Notes under the pieces: model-generated
The model's database searches: none
What the model was told of the DNA's origin: nothing
Seen by the model: the letters and a program-made list of their open reading frames with translations, nothing else
Shown: in pieces, positions 1 to 9,939 of the stretch
Layout: each line of letters opens with the position of its first letter
Numbering within the stretch: the stretch's first letter is position 1
Assembly: GCA_944325935.1 (NCBI GenBank)
Contig: CALVCF010000041.1
Span: 1-63,375, forward strand
Origin: an uncultured Erysipelotrichaceae bacterium
Lineage (GTDB): Bacteria; Bacillota_I; Bacilli_A; Erysipelotrichales; Erysipelotrichaceae
Length of the DNA: 63,375 bases
Reading direction: 5' to 3'
Made by a program: the position numbers and the translations under genes

Positions 1-887
1 ACGGTGCAATCCTAGTTGTTGCCGCAACTGATGGACCAATGCCTCAAACTCGTGAACACATCTTACTTGCTCGTCAGGTTGGTGTTCCTTACATCGTTGT
101 CTTCTTAAACAAGTGCGATATGGTTGACGATGAAGAATTAATTGATCTTGTCGAAATGGAAGTTCGCGAATTATTAACTGAATACGGCTTCGATGGTGAA
201 AATGCACCTGTTATCCGCGGTTCAGCTTTAAAGGCTCTTGAAGGCGATCCTAAATGGGAAGAAAAGATCGATGAGTTAATGGATGCTGTTGATACATACA
301 TCCCTGATCCAGTTCGTGAAGTTGATAAGCCATTCTTAATGTCTGTTGAAGACGTCTTCACAATCACCGGTCGTGGTACAGTTGCTACTGGTCGTGTTGA
401 ACGTGGTGTTGCTCACTTAAATGACGAAGTTGAAATCGTTGGTATCAAGCCAACTAAGAAGACTGTTATCACTGGTCTTGAAATGTTCCGTAAGCAACTT
501 GATGAAGCTGAAGCTGGTGACAACATTGGTGCTCTTCTTCGTGGTGTAAACCGTGACGAAGTTGAAAGAGGACAAGTTCTTGCTAAGCCAGGTACTGTTA
601 CTCCTCACACTAAGTTCAAAGCACAAGTCTACATCTTAACAAAGGAAGAAGGCGGTCGTCATACTCCATTCGTATCTAACTACCGTCCTCAATTCTACTT
701 CCGTACAACAGACGTAACTGGTGTCATCACTCTTCCTGAAGGAACAGAAATGGTTATGCCAGGTGACCACGTTGAAATGACTGTTGAACTTATTGCACCT
801 ATCGCTATCGAAAACGGTACAAAGTTCTCTATCCGTGAAGGTGGTCGTACCGTCGGTTCTGGTAACGTTACCGAAGTTATTGCTTAA
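1..887 (+). CDS. tuf: Elongation factor Tu, C-terminal ~295 aa (5' end lies outside the window; reading frame starts at nt 3)
   Basis: The frame from nt 3 reads [29 protein letters not shown]..., continuous with the ORF at 39..887. It is canonical EF-Tu sequence through to the C-terminus. Confidence 0.97.
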   Translation, partial: GAILVVAATDGPMPQTREHILLARQVGVPYIVVFLNKCDMVDDEELIDLVEMEVRELLTEYGFDGENAPVIRGSALKALEGDPKWEEKIDELMDAVDTYIPDPVREVDKPFLMSVEDVFTITGRGTVATGRVERGVAHLNDEVEIVGIKPTKKTVITGLEMFRKQLDEAEAGDNIGALLRGVNRDEVERGQVLAKPGTVTPHTKFKAQVYILTKEEGGRHTPFVSNYRPQFYFRTTDVTGVITLPEGTEMVMPGDHVEMTVELIAPIAIENGTKFSIREGGRTVGSGNVTEVIA

Positions 888-907
888 TTAACTTAAAAAT
901 TAAATTA

Positions 908-941
908 AAAGATGGTTCTTATATAGAGCCATCTTTTTTTG
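908..941 (+). terminator. Rho-independent terminator after tuf
   Basis: Stem aaagatggttc / gagccatc (one G-U pair), loop ttatata, followed by a T7 run. Confidence 0.7.
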
Positions 942-955
942 TATAATAGATATGC

Positions 956-1624
956 ATGTACCAAGCTATTATTTTTGATTTTGATTACACTCTCTCTGAC
1001 CGCTCTTTTGCCTTGCACGAGGGGCTCAAGCGCATTGTAGAATTGTTTTTAAAGCTAAGTGATGAAATTGAAAAAGAGGCGCTGATCCAAAAGCTGATGG
1101 TTTTAGACGGTGAAGGAACTAATGGAAGAGCACCTTTGATCAAATATCTATGCCGTAATTATCAATTAGACGAGGCTGATATCAAACCATATTTTGATAC
1201 TCTATCTTATGATATGGCAAAATATACTCTGCTAGATAGTGCAGCGCTAACGGTCCTGACCACTTTAGGAAAAGAAGGATATAAGCTTGCCATCTTGACC
1301 AATGGCGACATTAATACGCAATATCTCAAGATCGATACCGTTTCGCTTCGTCCCTATTTTGATGTGGTTATGGCCTCTCTTGAGTCGGGAGTCATGAAAC
1401 CTAAGGCCCTGCCCTTTTTAGAAGTAGCGAAAAAACTTGGGGTAGAGCCACAAAACTGTCTTTATGTCGGTGATGTTTTCTTCTCTGACGCTCTTGGAGC
1501 CTATCGAGCTAAAATGGATTATATTTTAATCAATAATTCTCGTAAGCACTATTATCCGCCCTTTGTCAAACAAATCGCCCATTTAAGCGACCTATTATCA
1601 TATCTAAAAGAAAAAGGCGACTAG
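956..1624 (+). CDS. HAD-superfamily hydrolase (subfamily IA-like)
   Basis: N-terminal motif I IIFDFDYTLSD, LAILTNG, and motif IV YVGDVFFSD. Confidence 0.8.
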   Translation: MYQAIIFDFDYTLSDRSFALHEGLKRIVELFLKLSDEIEKEALIQKLMVLDGEGTNGRAPLIKYLCRNYQLDEADIKPYFDTLSYDMAKYTLLDSAALTVLTTLGKEGYKLAILTNGDINTQYLKIDTVSLRPYFDVVMASLESGVMKPKALPFLEVAKKLGVEPQNCLYVGDVFFSDALGAYRAKMDYILINNSRKHYYPPFVKQIAHLSDLLSYLKEKGD

Positions 1625-2424
1625 CCTTTTTTACTTTCCTGATATTGTGCACATAAAATGTACAGGATATCGACAACATTCATAATGCTGATCCTAGAAC
1701 CACTGTGTAGCTTGCCATAGCGAATATCAGAAGACGAGATATTGAGGTTAAAGTCGACCATCCGCGATAGAGACGAATTCTCTAAACGCGTGATCGTAAA
1801 GATTGTAACTTGATTCTCCTTTAGTTTGCGTACAATTTTAATGATATGACTTTCTTCGATCTCATCGGCCATCACGATCGCGACATCATTTTCAGACATA
1901 ATATCAGCTAACGCCATCTGATGATTAACACCTTCCGGACAATAAGATGCTTTTGCGAGATCTAAAAGTTTATGTTGGGCATCAAGTCCAGCTATATAAG
2001 ATGACCCTTCGCCGAAAAAGACCAATTTGTCGCTATCAACCATGCGTCTGGCGCATTCTTCTAAAAGATTGATGTTCAATAATTCCTTGGTTCTTCTTAA
2101 AGAATCAATATTCAAAAGAGTAACCTTATTAACGAGGTCTTCGATCACCTTCTCCCCTTTAAGATTGCGGCCATCATCACTACCGTCATCATGATCCAGC
2201 AGTTCTGACATCATCATGCGATGCAAGCGCTTATAGCCTCCGAGTTTGACCTTCTTGCACAAACGAACGATCGTCGCAGGCGAACAAAAAGTTTTCTTCG
2301 CTAATTCCAGGATATTCAGTGTAACTGCTTCCTGGGGACTATCGATCAAATATGATACCAAAACGCGCTCCGACTCTGTCGCATTAGGTTGATATTCTTT
2401 TAAGATCACGCTGACTTTTTTCAT
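1621..2424 (-). CDS. MurR/RpiR-family transcriptional regulator (HTH + SIS domain)
   Basis: N-terminal HTH LAKKTFCSPATIVRLCKKVKLGGYKRL and a SIS-like segment VFFGEGSSYIAGLDAQHKL. Confidence 0.8.
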   Translation of the reverse strand: MKKVSVILKEYQPNATESERVLVSYLIDSPQEAVTLNILELAKKTFCSPATIVRLCKKVKLGGYKRLHRMMMSELLDHDDGSDDGRNLKGEKVIEDLVNKVTLLNIDSLRRTKELLNINLLEECARRMVDSDKLVFFGEGSSYIAGLDAQHKLLDLAKASYCPEGVNHQMALADIMSENDVAIVMADEIEESHIIKIVRKLKENQVTIFTITRLENSSLSRMVDFNLNISSSDIRYGKLHSGSRISIMNVVDILYILCAQYQESKKG

Positions 2425-2509
2425 ATTTTCATAATAGCACTTATATTTCTATTTTTAAAAAATATTTTTGTATTTTCAAACATAGGAAAGAAAATAAACA
2501 CTAAAAATG

Positions 2510-3193
2510 TTAAAACTGTTCCGCAATAAAACTTTTGATCAGCTCGATCGCAACATCTTTTGTTGCCGGATCATCTAAAAGGCGATGCTGCCCGTCGCCT
2601 AATAAGACTAAGCGCTTATGCGGATTTTCCATTTTTCTATAGTATTTATGAGCGACTGTATAAGGGATAAGCTCATCTTTTAAGGCAGCGATGAATAAGG
2701 TAGGACACTGAACTTTAAAGATGGCCTCCTTGCAGTTATCAACGACATCCATGAAAGTCTTATAAAATTCCGAAGGCAGTTTAACAAATTCTTCTTCCTT
2801 CTTTTCCTTATTTATGGCACTTGTCACAATATTGCTGGCGGTGGTGATGGTGGCGTAATCAAAAGCCGGCGCCAACAGGATCAAGCGCTTGATGACAAAT
2901 TTCGAAGCCAGATAGGAAGCGATGACGCCACCCATCGAAAAACCGATCAATATAATTTCGCGCCCCTCATTTTTAGCTTGAATGATCGCTTCTTCGGCAC
3001 GTGATACCCAGTTATACCAGACATTATCACTGACATAACGCTGATCAAACAGATTGGGTGCGATGATATCATAATCATGTTCTAAAGCCTTGATGAGATT
3101 AGCGAATTCGACATTGCGTCTTTTACCAAAACCATGGATCATGATGATCAAAGGCGTCGCTTTTTTCTTTTTTAAAAAATTAAACAGTTTCAT
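2510..3193 (-). CDS. Alpha/beta-fold serine hydrolase (carboxylesterase-like)
   Basis: IIMIHGFG oxyanion region, nucleophile elbow GFSMGG, C-terminal GDGQHRLL (catalytic His). Confidence 0.75.
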   Translation of the reverse strand: MKLFNFLKKKKATPLIIMIHGFGKRRNVEFANLIKALEHDYDIIAPNLFDQRYVSDNVWYNWVSRAEEAIIQAKNEGREIILIGFSMGGVIASYLASKFVIKRLILLAPAFDYATITTASNIVTSAINKEKKEEEFVKLPSEFYKTFMDVVDNCKEAIFKVQCPTLFIAALKDELIPYTVAHKYYRKMENPHKRLVLLGDGQHRLLDDPATKDVAIELIKSFIAEQF

Positions 3194-4329
3194 CCTTCTT
3201 TATTATACCTATCGATCGCCATTTCTAAAATATCATTCATCATTTCTTGATCCATCGCCCCATTTTGGTAGCCGATATAGGAGCCATCCGGACCGATAAA
3301 GACCAGAGTGGGAAAAGCACTGATGCCAAGACTTGAAAACAGCGCTTGATCAGAATCGATCAAAACAGGCTGCTTGAGCATATTTTCGCTGATAAAATCA
3401 TCGATCGAGCCACCGGCTCTTGACGCATTGATATCTTCATTCATCACATAGAAGAAATGGACATCATCTCTCGAAGCTGCCAGTTCTTCATAGGCCGGAA
3501 GCTCTTGTTTACAATAAGTGCACCAGGAGGCAATAAAGTTCAAGACGACATAATCTCCTTCATAGTCACTGAGCTTATGGATCACGCCTTCATTATCGCG
3601 CAAACTGAAGCTTATTTGACCTTCCTCATTTTGGACCGTATCGACATGCTGCAGATCGTTAATCATAGTAACAGCTTCATAAAGCAAGGCAAAGCCAAAG
3701 ACCAAAATGATGATCGCTGCCGCCTTATAGATCTTGACTAGTATCTTCTGCTTATTCTTGATAAAAGCGATCGCCTTGTCATAAACAAGAGCCACGACAA
3801 TAAACGGCACCCCAAATCCCAGACCATAAACAATGATATATAAGCTGCCAAAAGCGGGCTCGCTTCCGGCTATGATCAAAACGCTGGCCATCATAGGACC
3901 GATGCAAGGGGTCCAGGCAAAGGAAAAGACAAAACCGAGAAGATAAGCCCGTAATATTCTAAAGCCGTCTCTTTTAAGAGGATCAAGTTCAAGGCGCCTT
4001 TCTTTTCTTAAAAGAGGGATATCAATGAATCCTAAAAGATAGAGGGCGCAAAGAATGATCAATAAGCCACCAAACAGATCAAAGAAGATCTTATTAGAAG
4101 CGATGAAATCATTAATGACATCACTGGCTAGCGCTAATAAAAAATACGACGTCATGATGCCCATGACAAAACAGAGGCTCATGAAGATCCGATATAGATA
4201 GGGATATTTCGCCTTTCCCTTATCAATTGACAGATAGGCCATATATAAGGGCACTAGCGGCAAGACACAGGGCGACAAAAAAGATAAAAGACCCTCAATA
4301 AAGACCGCAGCCAGATCTAGTCCATTCAT
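3190..4329 (-). CDS. CcdA/DsbD-type thiol:disulfide transporter fused to a TlpA/ResA-like thioredoxin domain
   Basis: LSFLSPCVLPLVP and AWTPCIGP (CcdA Cys motifs) in a polytopic N-terminal part. The C-terminal part carries the WCTYC (CxxC) thioredoxin motif. Confidence 0.8.
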   Translation of the reverse strand: MNGLDLAAVFIEGLLSFLSPCVLPLVPLYMAYLSIDKGKAKYPYLYRIFMSLCFVMGIMTSYFLLALASDVINDFIASNKIFFDLFGGLLIILCALYLLGFIDIPLLRKERRLELDPLKRDGFRILRAYLLGFVFSFAWTPCIGPMMASVLIIAGSEPAFGSLYIIVYGLGFGVPFIVVALVYDKAIAFIKNKQKILVKIYKAAAIIILVFGFALLYEAVTMINDLQHVDTVQNEEGQISFSLRDNEGVIHKLSDYEGDYVVLNFIASWCTYCKQELPAYEELAASRDDVHFFYVMNEDINASRAGGSIDDFISENMLKQPVLIDSDQALFSSLGISAFPTLVFIGPDGSYIGYQNGAMDQEMMNDILEMAIDRYNKEG

Positions 4330-4330
4330 T

Positions 4331-5164
4331 CTATTTCAAAACAAAGAAATATAAAAGAACGATGATACCGACAACGATTCGATAATAGCCGAATACTTTG
4401 AAATCGTGTTTCTTGATATAAGACATCAAGAAACGAATCGCTATGATCGAAACGATAAAGGCACTGAACATTCCAACTAATAAGACGGCCCATTCAGCCA
4501 GTGAGAAGAAGTAGCTCACTTTAAGCAGTTTCAATAGGCTCGCCCCAAACATGACAGGAATCGCTAAAAAGAAAGTAAATTCCGCCGCTACCTTGCGCGA
4601 GACGCCGATCATAAGAGCGCCTAAGATCGTGGCACCCGAACGCGATGTCCCAGGAAATATGGCGGCAATGAGCTGAAAGACGCCGATGATCATGGCATCC
4701 TTGTAAGTGATCTTATTTAATGAATCGACCCTTTCTTTATTCTTCGAATGATTTTCGATATAGATAAAGCCAATTCCAAAGATGATCAGCATCAGTGCGA
4801 CTACAACGGCATTATAAAGATACTTCTCTAAAATATCATCTAAAAAGATACCGACGATCGCAGCTGGGATACATGCCACCAGGATCTTGAACCAAAGATG
4901 CATGATATCTGTCTTGATGAACGGACCTTTTTCTTTCTTAAAATTAAAAGGCCAGATCTTTTTAAAGTAAAGAAGCACGACTGCCAAGATCGCCCCTAGC
5001 TGAATGACGACCAAAAAGACATTCCAGAATTCTATACTGAAATTGAGATGGACAAATTCCTCAAGAAGGATCATGTGGCCAGTCGAAGAGATGGGCAACC
5101 ACTCGGTGATTCCCTCGACCACCCCAAACAGGATCGATTTTAATAGTTCAATTAACATATCCAT
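4331..5164 (-). CDS. uppP: Undecaprenyl-diphosphate phosphatase
   Basis: VVEGITEWLPISSTGHMIL and PGTSRSGATI motifs. The start is set at the ATG at 5164, preceded by AAGGGAGA; the longest ORF extends to 5194. Confidence 0.9.
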   Translation of the reverse strand: MDMLIELLKSILFGVVEGITEWLPISSTGHMILLEEFVHLNFSIEFWNVFLVVIQLGAILAVVLLYFKKIWPFNFKKEKGPFIKTDIMHLWFKILVACIPAAIVGIFLDDILEKYLYNAVVVALMLIIFGIGFIYIENHSKNKERVDSLNKITYKDAMIIGVFQLIAAIFPGTSRSGATILGALMIGVSRKVAAEFTFFLAIPVMFGASLLKLLKVSYFFSLAEWAVLLVGMFSAFIVSIIAIRFLMSYIKKHDFKVFGYYRIVVGIIVLLYFFVLK

Positions 5165-5177
5165 AAATATTCTCCCT

Positions 5178-6116
5178 TTAATTGAAATAGACAAGCGGAT
5201 CTTCTAATTGCTCGCCCTGGCTAAGTTTATCCAGATATAAAAGACAGGTATCGTAACCATCTTCCGCCTGGATCGTATGAATAACGCCCTCTAAGCGGTA
5301 GAATTGATTCTTTTTGATCTTTTTCTTATCGATCCCGACGACCGTCAAAGACATCATAGCGATATCTTCGCTGCAACAGATCATAGCCTCCCTGCCCATG
5401 ATACAGGCCCTGTCATATTGACTAAGATCCTCCATCCATTTGACGTTGATGCTGATATGCTTATTGGCGTATTTTTGCGGCTTGCTGGAGGCGTCGACAT
5501 ACCAAGCCCCGTAGTCGATATCGCTGATATACAAAAGGTCTTGCGAAAGATCGAAGAGCTCAAATTCCTTGAAGGAAACGATCTCATGCTGCAGATCTTC
5601 AAAGATGAGTTCAGCTTTTGGATTCAGACCCAAAACATTATTGCGTATAAAAAGATAATCATCTTTATTGGCAAAGCGGTTAAAGATGATGCACTCTGCT
5701 GATTTGATGTGGTAGTAGACAAAAGTCCTAAGATTATTGACAACGCTTTTAAAAGTAGAGGCGTCGACGGCACTGAGAGTCTGGGCGATCTCCCAGTTTG
5801 GAAAGGCAGTGACATTCAAAAGAAAGGGCAGCTCATCCTGCATGCCGTTGCCCTCGACAAAGATCTGATCAAAGTTATCCCGACTGTCAAGTTCCTTCAT
5901 CTTGGCCAGATCCAATTCTTCAAAGCGTTCAAAATAAACTACTTCCGCATTGGCATAATGTAAAAAACGCTCATCATAGCTTTCTTCGCCATCTTCAAAG
6001 GCGATGATCAGCGTTCTTTCTCCTTCGTTAAAAGACGGTGATAAAAGGGTCTCCTTGATGATCGAAGTCTTGCCGCTGTCTAAAAGACCGCCGAAAAAAT
6101 ATAAGGGCTTAGGCAT
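5178..6116 (-). CDS. Divergent P-loop protein, CobW/COG0523-like paralog (function unknown)
   Basis: Walker-A-like GLLDSGKTS near the N-terminus. Its size and position directly downstream of a bona fide COG0523 gene fit a paralog, but it lacks the CxCC motif. It overlaps the upstream gene by 8 nt. Confidence 0.5.
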   Translation of the reverse strand: MPKPLYFFGGLLDSGKTSIIKETLLSPSFNEGERTLIIAFEDGEESYDERFLHYANAEVVYFERFEELDLAKMKELDSRDNFDQIFVEGNGMQDELPFLLNVTAFPNWEIAQTLSAVDASTFKSVVNNLRTFVYYHIKSAECIIFNRFANKDDYLFIRNNVLGLNPKAELIFEDLQHEIVSFKEFELFDLSQDLLYISDIDYGAWYVDASSKPQKYANKHISINVKWMEDLSQYDRACIMGREAMICCSEDIAMMSLTVVGIDKKKIKKNQFYRLEGVIHTIQAEDGYDTCLLYLDKLSQGEQLEDPLVYFN

Positions 6117-7050
6117 TTAGGATCTCCTTGATCAGGCTTTGATCTAATGCGTTCCCAATTAGTACTATTTTGGATCTAGCCTGTTTTCTATCATACCATA
6201 TATTGATCTCTTGATCTGCATAAGAGAAATAGAGATCCTTATCTAGATCGGTATGGACATAACCTTTGGCACGCAACACATTATCCGGTAATTTCAAAAG
6301 CACCTTTCTTAGTTCGTCTTCAGCAAATGTGCGGTCCGGATATAAAGCCAGTGATGTAAAAACATCATCGGCAGCATGATGGTGGTGATGGTGCTCATGA
6401 TCGTGATGACAAAGATGTTCCAGCTCTTCTTCGCTGCAGGCGCCACTGCATTCTTCGCAATGACATACGCCCTCTTCCATCATCGAAAGGAGCTTATCAG
6501 CACCCATGAAACGATAGGGACTGGTCAGGATCTTGGCATCTTCGTTAAGCGCCGACAGCATCTTGACGACCTCGTGTTTCTTATCTTCTGCAATATCTTC
6601 AACTCTGGTCAAAATGATCATATTAGCCATAACGACCTGATCATCAAAAAACTCTTTGAAATTCTTGTGGTAGCTTATTGCCTTTTTCGCATTGACCAAA
6701 ACGATATGCGCCGCCATTTCAAAATCTTTTTCGTGATTGATGCTCATCATGATCTCTGAGAGCTTGCCAACGCCTGATGGTTCAATGAAAAGCGTATCGA
6801 TGTCATAGCGCCGGATCTCATCTAAAGCATCCTTGAGTTCGCCCTTTAAAGAACAGCAGATACAACCGCTGTTGATCGATTTGATCGCCAACTTTTCGCT
6901 AAAAAGTTCCCCGTCGATCCCTTCGTCTCCAAACTCATTTTCAATAAGCATCGTCTTTTTAAGATCTCTTTCTTTTAAGAGGTAATTGATGAGCGTGGTC
7001 TTGCCAGCTCCCAAAAAACCTGAAACGATATAAACTTTGATCATACTCAA
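6109..7050 (-). CDS. COG0523-family (CobW/ZigA/YciC-like) metal-chaperone GTPase with His-rich insert
   Basis: Walker A GFLGAGKTT, signature GCICCS (CxCC), and a His tract HHDHEHHHHHH. Confidence 0.8.
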   Translation of the reverse strand: MSMIKVYIVSGFLGAGKTTLINYLLKERDLKKTMLIENEFGDEGIDGELFSEKLAIKSINSGCICCSLKGELKDALDEIRRYDIDTLFIEPSGVGKLSEIMMSINHEKDFEMAAHIVLVNAKKAISYHKNFKEFFDDQVVMANMIILTRVEDIAEDKKHEVVKMLSALNEDAKILTSPYRFMGADKLLSMMEEGVCHCEECSGACSEEELEHLCHHDHEHHHHHHAADDVFTSLALYPDRTFAEDELRKVLLKLPDNVLRAKGYVHTDLDKDLYFSYADQEINIWYDRKQARSKIVLIGNALDQSLIKEILNA

Positions 7051-7469
7051 CTCCCGTACTTATCTAAAAAATCTTCGATCTTTTTCTTCTCTTCCAGCTT
7101 TCCGATCAAAAAATAGGTTCTTCTTCTGACTTCCATTTGTAAATAGACCCGGTCATGATTGACATCGATAAAATAATCCTGCATTTTATCAAAGGGATAA
7201 AAGCGTCCAATAATAATAGCGCCTCTTTCGCTTAAACCTGAAGGCGAAATATAGATAATGATGGCGCTAAGGCCAAAACAGGTCAAAGTTACATAGTTGG
7301 CCGCTTCAAAATGACTTGTCAGGAATTGAAAAAAGCCAAAAGCGAAAAGCACCAGCGGGATAAACCACTTAAGCCCGGCGCTCATTTCTAATTTAACAAG
7401 GCGTCCTCTGAACAAGACAAAGGCCGCGTAGATCAAAACGATCAGATTAGCGAAAAACCAAAACATCAC
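7047..7469 (-). CDS. Small membrane protein, unknown function (3 predicted TM segments + soluble tail)
   Basis: Hydrophobic N-terminal two-thirds. It has 4-nt overlaps with both neighbours. Confidence 0.5.
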   Translation of the reverse strand: MMFWFFANLIVLIYAAFVLFRGRLVKLEMSAGLKWFIPLVLFAFGFFQFLTSHFEAANYVTLTCFGLSAIIIYISPSGLSERGAIIIGRFYPFDKMQDYFIDVNHDRVYLQMEVRRRTYFLIGKLEEKKKIEDFLDKYGS

Positions 7470-7747
7470 AAAGCCTTCTTCTCAATGATCTTGCGCACGA
7501 CAAAATCAACTATTACATTATAGACAAGTACCATGATCAAGGCAAAAAGAATGACTGAAAAGAAATCATCAGCCCCGATCATAGGCGCCACATTGACCGC
7601 TAATACCAGGATAATAGCCAAAAGGAAGACATAAAAGCGAAAGATCTTTTGACATAGTTTCTTAAACAGCGGATTAACTTCATATTCCTGTCCCTTGAAC
7701 TTGATTGTATCGACCTTTGCGATCACTACACTCATTATAATATCCAT
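7466..7747 (-). CDS. Small membrane protein, unknown function
   Basis: Two hydrophobic helices. It is translationally coupled to the downstream ORF by a 4-nt overlap. Confidence 0.45.
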   Translation of the reverse strand: MDIIMSVVIAKVDTIKFKGQEYEVNPLFKKLCQKIFRFYVFLLAIILVLAVNVAPMIGADDFFSVILFALIMVLVYNVIVDFVVRKIIEKKAL

Positions 7748-7756
7748 AATGCTCCT

Positions 7757-8569
7757 TTAACGATATTTATCTAAATGACAATCTGAGGCCACATTATCAA
7801 TGATCCCTTGAACGATCTTTTCGATCCGCGAGTTCTTAGAATAATCGGCTCTCGCCATAAACATGGCTCGCTTATTTTCATAAAGGTCCTTGGCTAAAAG
7901 CTTCGCCCCCTCATCATCCTTAAAGACGGCGATCGTCGTTCCGCCATTATCCGAAACGACCTTCATCGAGGGCACATCCGTCAAGCCATCTCCGAAATAG
8001 ATCATTCGATTTAAGGGAATATACTTATCTTCATCCCTAGTCGAGCGATTGAGATCGATATCATTAGTCTCTAAAAAGACACCTTTGTTGATGCGAAAGA
8101 GATATTGAGTCTTAACAGTATAATTGATCACTCGCGCCGGCCATAAGATATGGCCTTTGGCATCATAATAATAGCTGCAGGCATAGATCCGCTTAAACTC
8201 TTTAGCGATCGAAGTGCCTAAGATCATATCTTTAAGACCACTTGAAATAATATAGTGTTCAAGTTTGATGTCCTTGTCTTTAGCATAGGCATTGATACGG
8301 GAAAACCAACTTTTAACACCCTTAAAAAGCTCGATATACTGCCCCTCTTTGATCAATTCATTGCGCGTTATATCTTTGGCGCTTAGAGCCATCTGGTACA
8401 TATAGGCCAAGATCCCGTCGATATTATGTGCTTTAGCCAGCTTATCACAATCTGACCAAAAATCTTCGGCGCAATTATAACCTAAACGCTCAAAAAGATG
8501 AAATTCCTGCATGTCGCGCGGTGATAAAGTCTTATCAAAATCATAGATCAAGGCCATCTTGGTCTTCAT
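7757..8569 (-). CDS. HAD-IB-like hydrolase (phosphatase family)
   Basis: Motif I LIYDFDKTLS and motif IV YFGDGLTDVP. Confidence 0.7.
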   Translation of the reverse strand: MKTKMALIYDFDKTLSPRDMQEFHLFERLGYNCAEDFWSDCDKLAKAHNIDGILAYMYQMALSAKDITRNELIKEGQYIELFKGVKSWFSRINAYAKDKDIKLEHYIISSGLKDMILGTSIAKEFKRIYACSYYYDAKGHILWPARVINYTVKTQYLFRINKGVFLETNDIDLNRSTRDEDKYIPLNRMIYFGDGLTDVPSMKVVSDNGGTTIAVFKDDEGAKLLAKDLYENKRAMFMARADYSKNSRIEKIVQGIIDNVASDCHLDKYR

Positions 8570-9924
8570 TAGAGCACCTCATCTAAATTCTTGATCGCTT
8601 CAATATAGATAGCGACCTGCTTTAAAAGATCCTCCACTCTTAAACATTCATCGACATCATGGATATGACCGTCATGGCCTAAGAACTCACAACCAAATGC
8701 GATACAATTATCCATGGCCTTGGCATAGGTCCCTCCGCCAATGGCCATCATCTTTGTCTTATCATCGCCAGTCACCTTGATATAAGCTTCTCTTAAAGCC
8801 TTGGGCAATTTTGACTCTGGATCAAAGAAGAGTGGCTTGGCACTTGATCTAAACAGGAAATGATTATTTCCTAAATTCAATTTTTTCTCAAGATATGCTT
8901 TTACCTCTTCTGTCTTAGCAGTCGGGGGGAAACGCACATCGATACTGAAGGCGACCTTGCCCTCGACCTTATGGACGACACCAATATTTAAAGTAGAATC
9001 GCAATACTGATCATTAAAACGCTCCAATCCGATCTTATGGCCGTGGTTGTCAAGGCCGATCTTATCGTGGAAGAAGGCGACTAGCTCATCATCAAAACCG
9101 GCAATATGTAGACCTTCCATCAGATAATTAAAGGCGTTGATGCCAAGGTCGGGAGTTGATGAATGCGCGGCTTTGCCGAAGACATTTAAGGTGATGAAGT
9201 TATCTTCTTTTATAATGTTGTATTCAATATCGTGATCGCGGAAGAATTCGTTCAACAAAGACTCATCATAAGAATCCTTTAAAAGTTTGACCGTGACCTT
9301 CTTCATGACGACATTGCTGGCCTCGCCGCCCTTAATATCAATGATCCGGGAAGATAGAGCCCTTATTTCCCCGCCGATGATCCCTTTTTCAGCGAAGATC
9401 CCCGGGAAATTGGCGTCAGGGGTAAAGCCTAAGTCAACTGAGCCCTCTTTATTTACATAGTGTTCAATACATTTAGAACCGCTTTCTTCATTTGTGCCTA
9501 AGATCAAGCGCACCCGATTCTTAAACTGATAATTGGTATCGTGCAGGTATTTCAAAGCATAAAGCGAAGCGATCGCTGCGCCCTTATCATCCGATACCCC
9601 GCGCCCATACAAGACATCGTCCCTTATTTCTAGTTTGAAGGGGTCGCTTCTCCAACCCTCACCAGCGGGCACAATATCAAGATGGGCCAAGATCCCGATC
9701 ACTTTCGCTCCCTGACCCAATTCGCCATAAGCGCAGTAATAGTCCAGATTTTGGGTTCTAAGACCCTTTTCTTCCATCAAAGTCAAAGCCTCAGCCAAGA
9801 CTTCACGATTGGCCTTGCCAAAAGGAAGCTCTTCATCGCTGTAAACCGAATTATAGGCGACGAGCTTCGCCAAGTCTTGGATCATTTCATCTTTATAAGT
9901 ATCTATAAATTCTCTAACTTCCAT
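8569..9924 (-). CDS. pepV: M20-family dipeptidase (PepV/Sapep-like)
   Basis: ILAHLDIVPAGEGW...DPF...LYGRGVSDDKG, typical of M20 dipeptidases. Confidence 0.85.
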   Translation of the reverse strand: MEVREFIDTYKDEMIQDLAKLVAYNSVYSDEELPFGKANREVLAEALTLMEEKGLRTQNLDYYCAYGELGQGAKVIGILAHLDIVPAGEGWRSDPFKLEIRDDVLYGRGVSDDKGAAIASLYALKYLHDTNYQFKNRVRLILGTNEESGSKCIEHYVNKEGSVDLGFTPDANFPGIFAEKGIIGGEIRALSSRIIDIKGGEASNVVMKKVTVKLLKDSYDESLLNEFFRDHDIEYNIIKEDNFITLNVFGKAAHSSTPDLGINAFNYLMEGLHIAGFDDELVAFFHDKIGLDNHGHKIGLERFNDQYCDSTLNIGVVHKVEGKVAFSIDVRFPPTAKTEEVKAYLEKKLNLGNNHFLFRSSAKPLFFDPESKLPKALREAYIKVTGDDKTKMMAIGGGTYAKAMDNCIAFGCEFLGHDGHIHDVDECLRVEDLLKQVAIYIEAIKNLDEVL

Positions 9925-9939
9925 AAATCTCCTTCAAAA

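Noticed and set aside
5304-5963. Cluster of overlapping ORFs (5304-5702 +, 5381-5602 -, 5624-5815 -, 5709-5963 +) inside the CobW-like gene
   Set aside because: All are nested in or antisense to the 312-aa ORF 5178-6116. That ORF has a P-loop, sits in an operon context and is translationally coupled to its neighbour. The nested ORFs have no motifs or RBSs.
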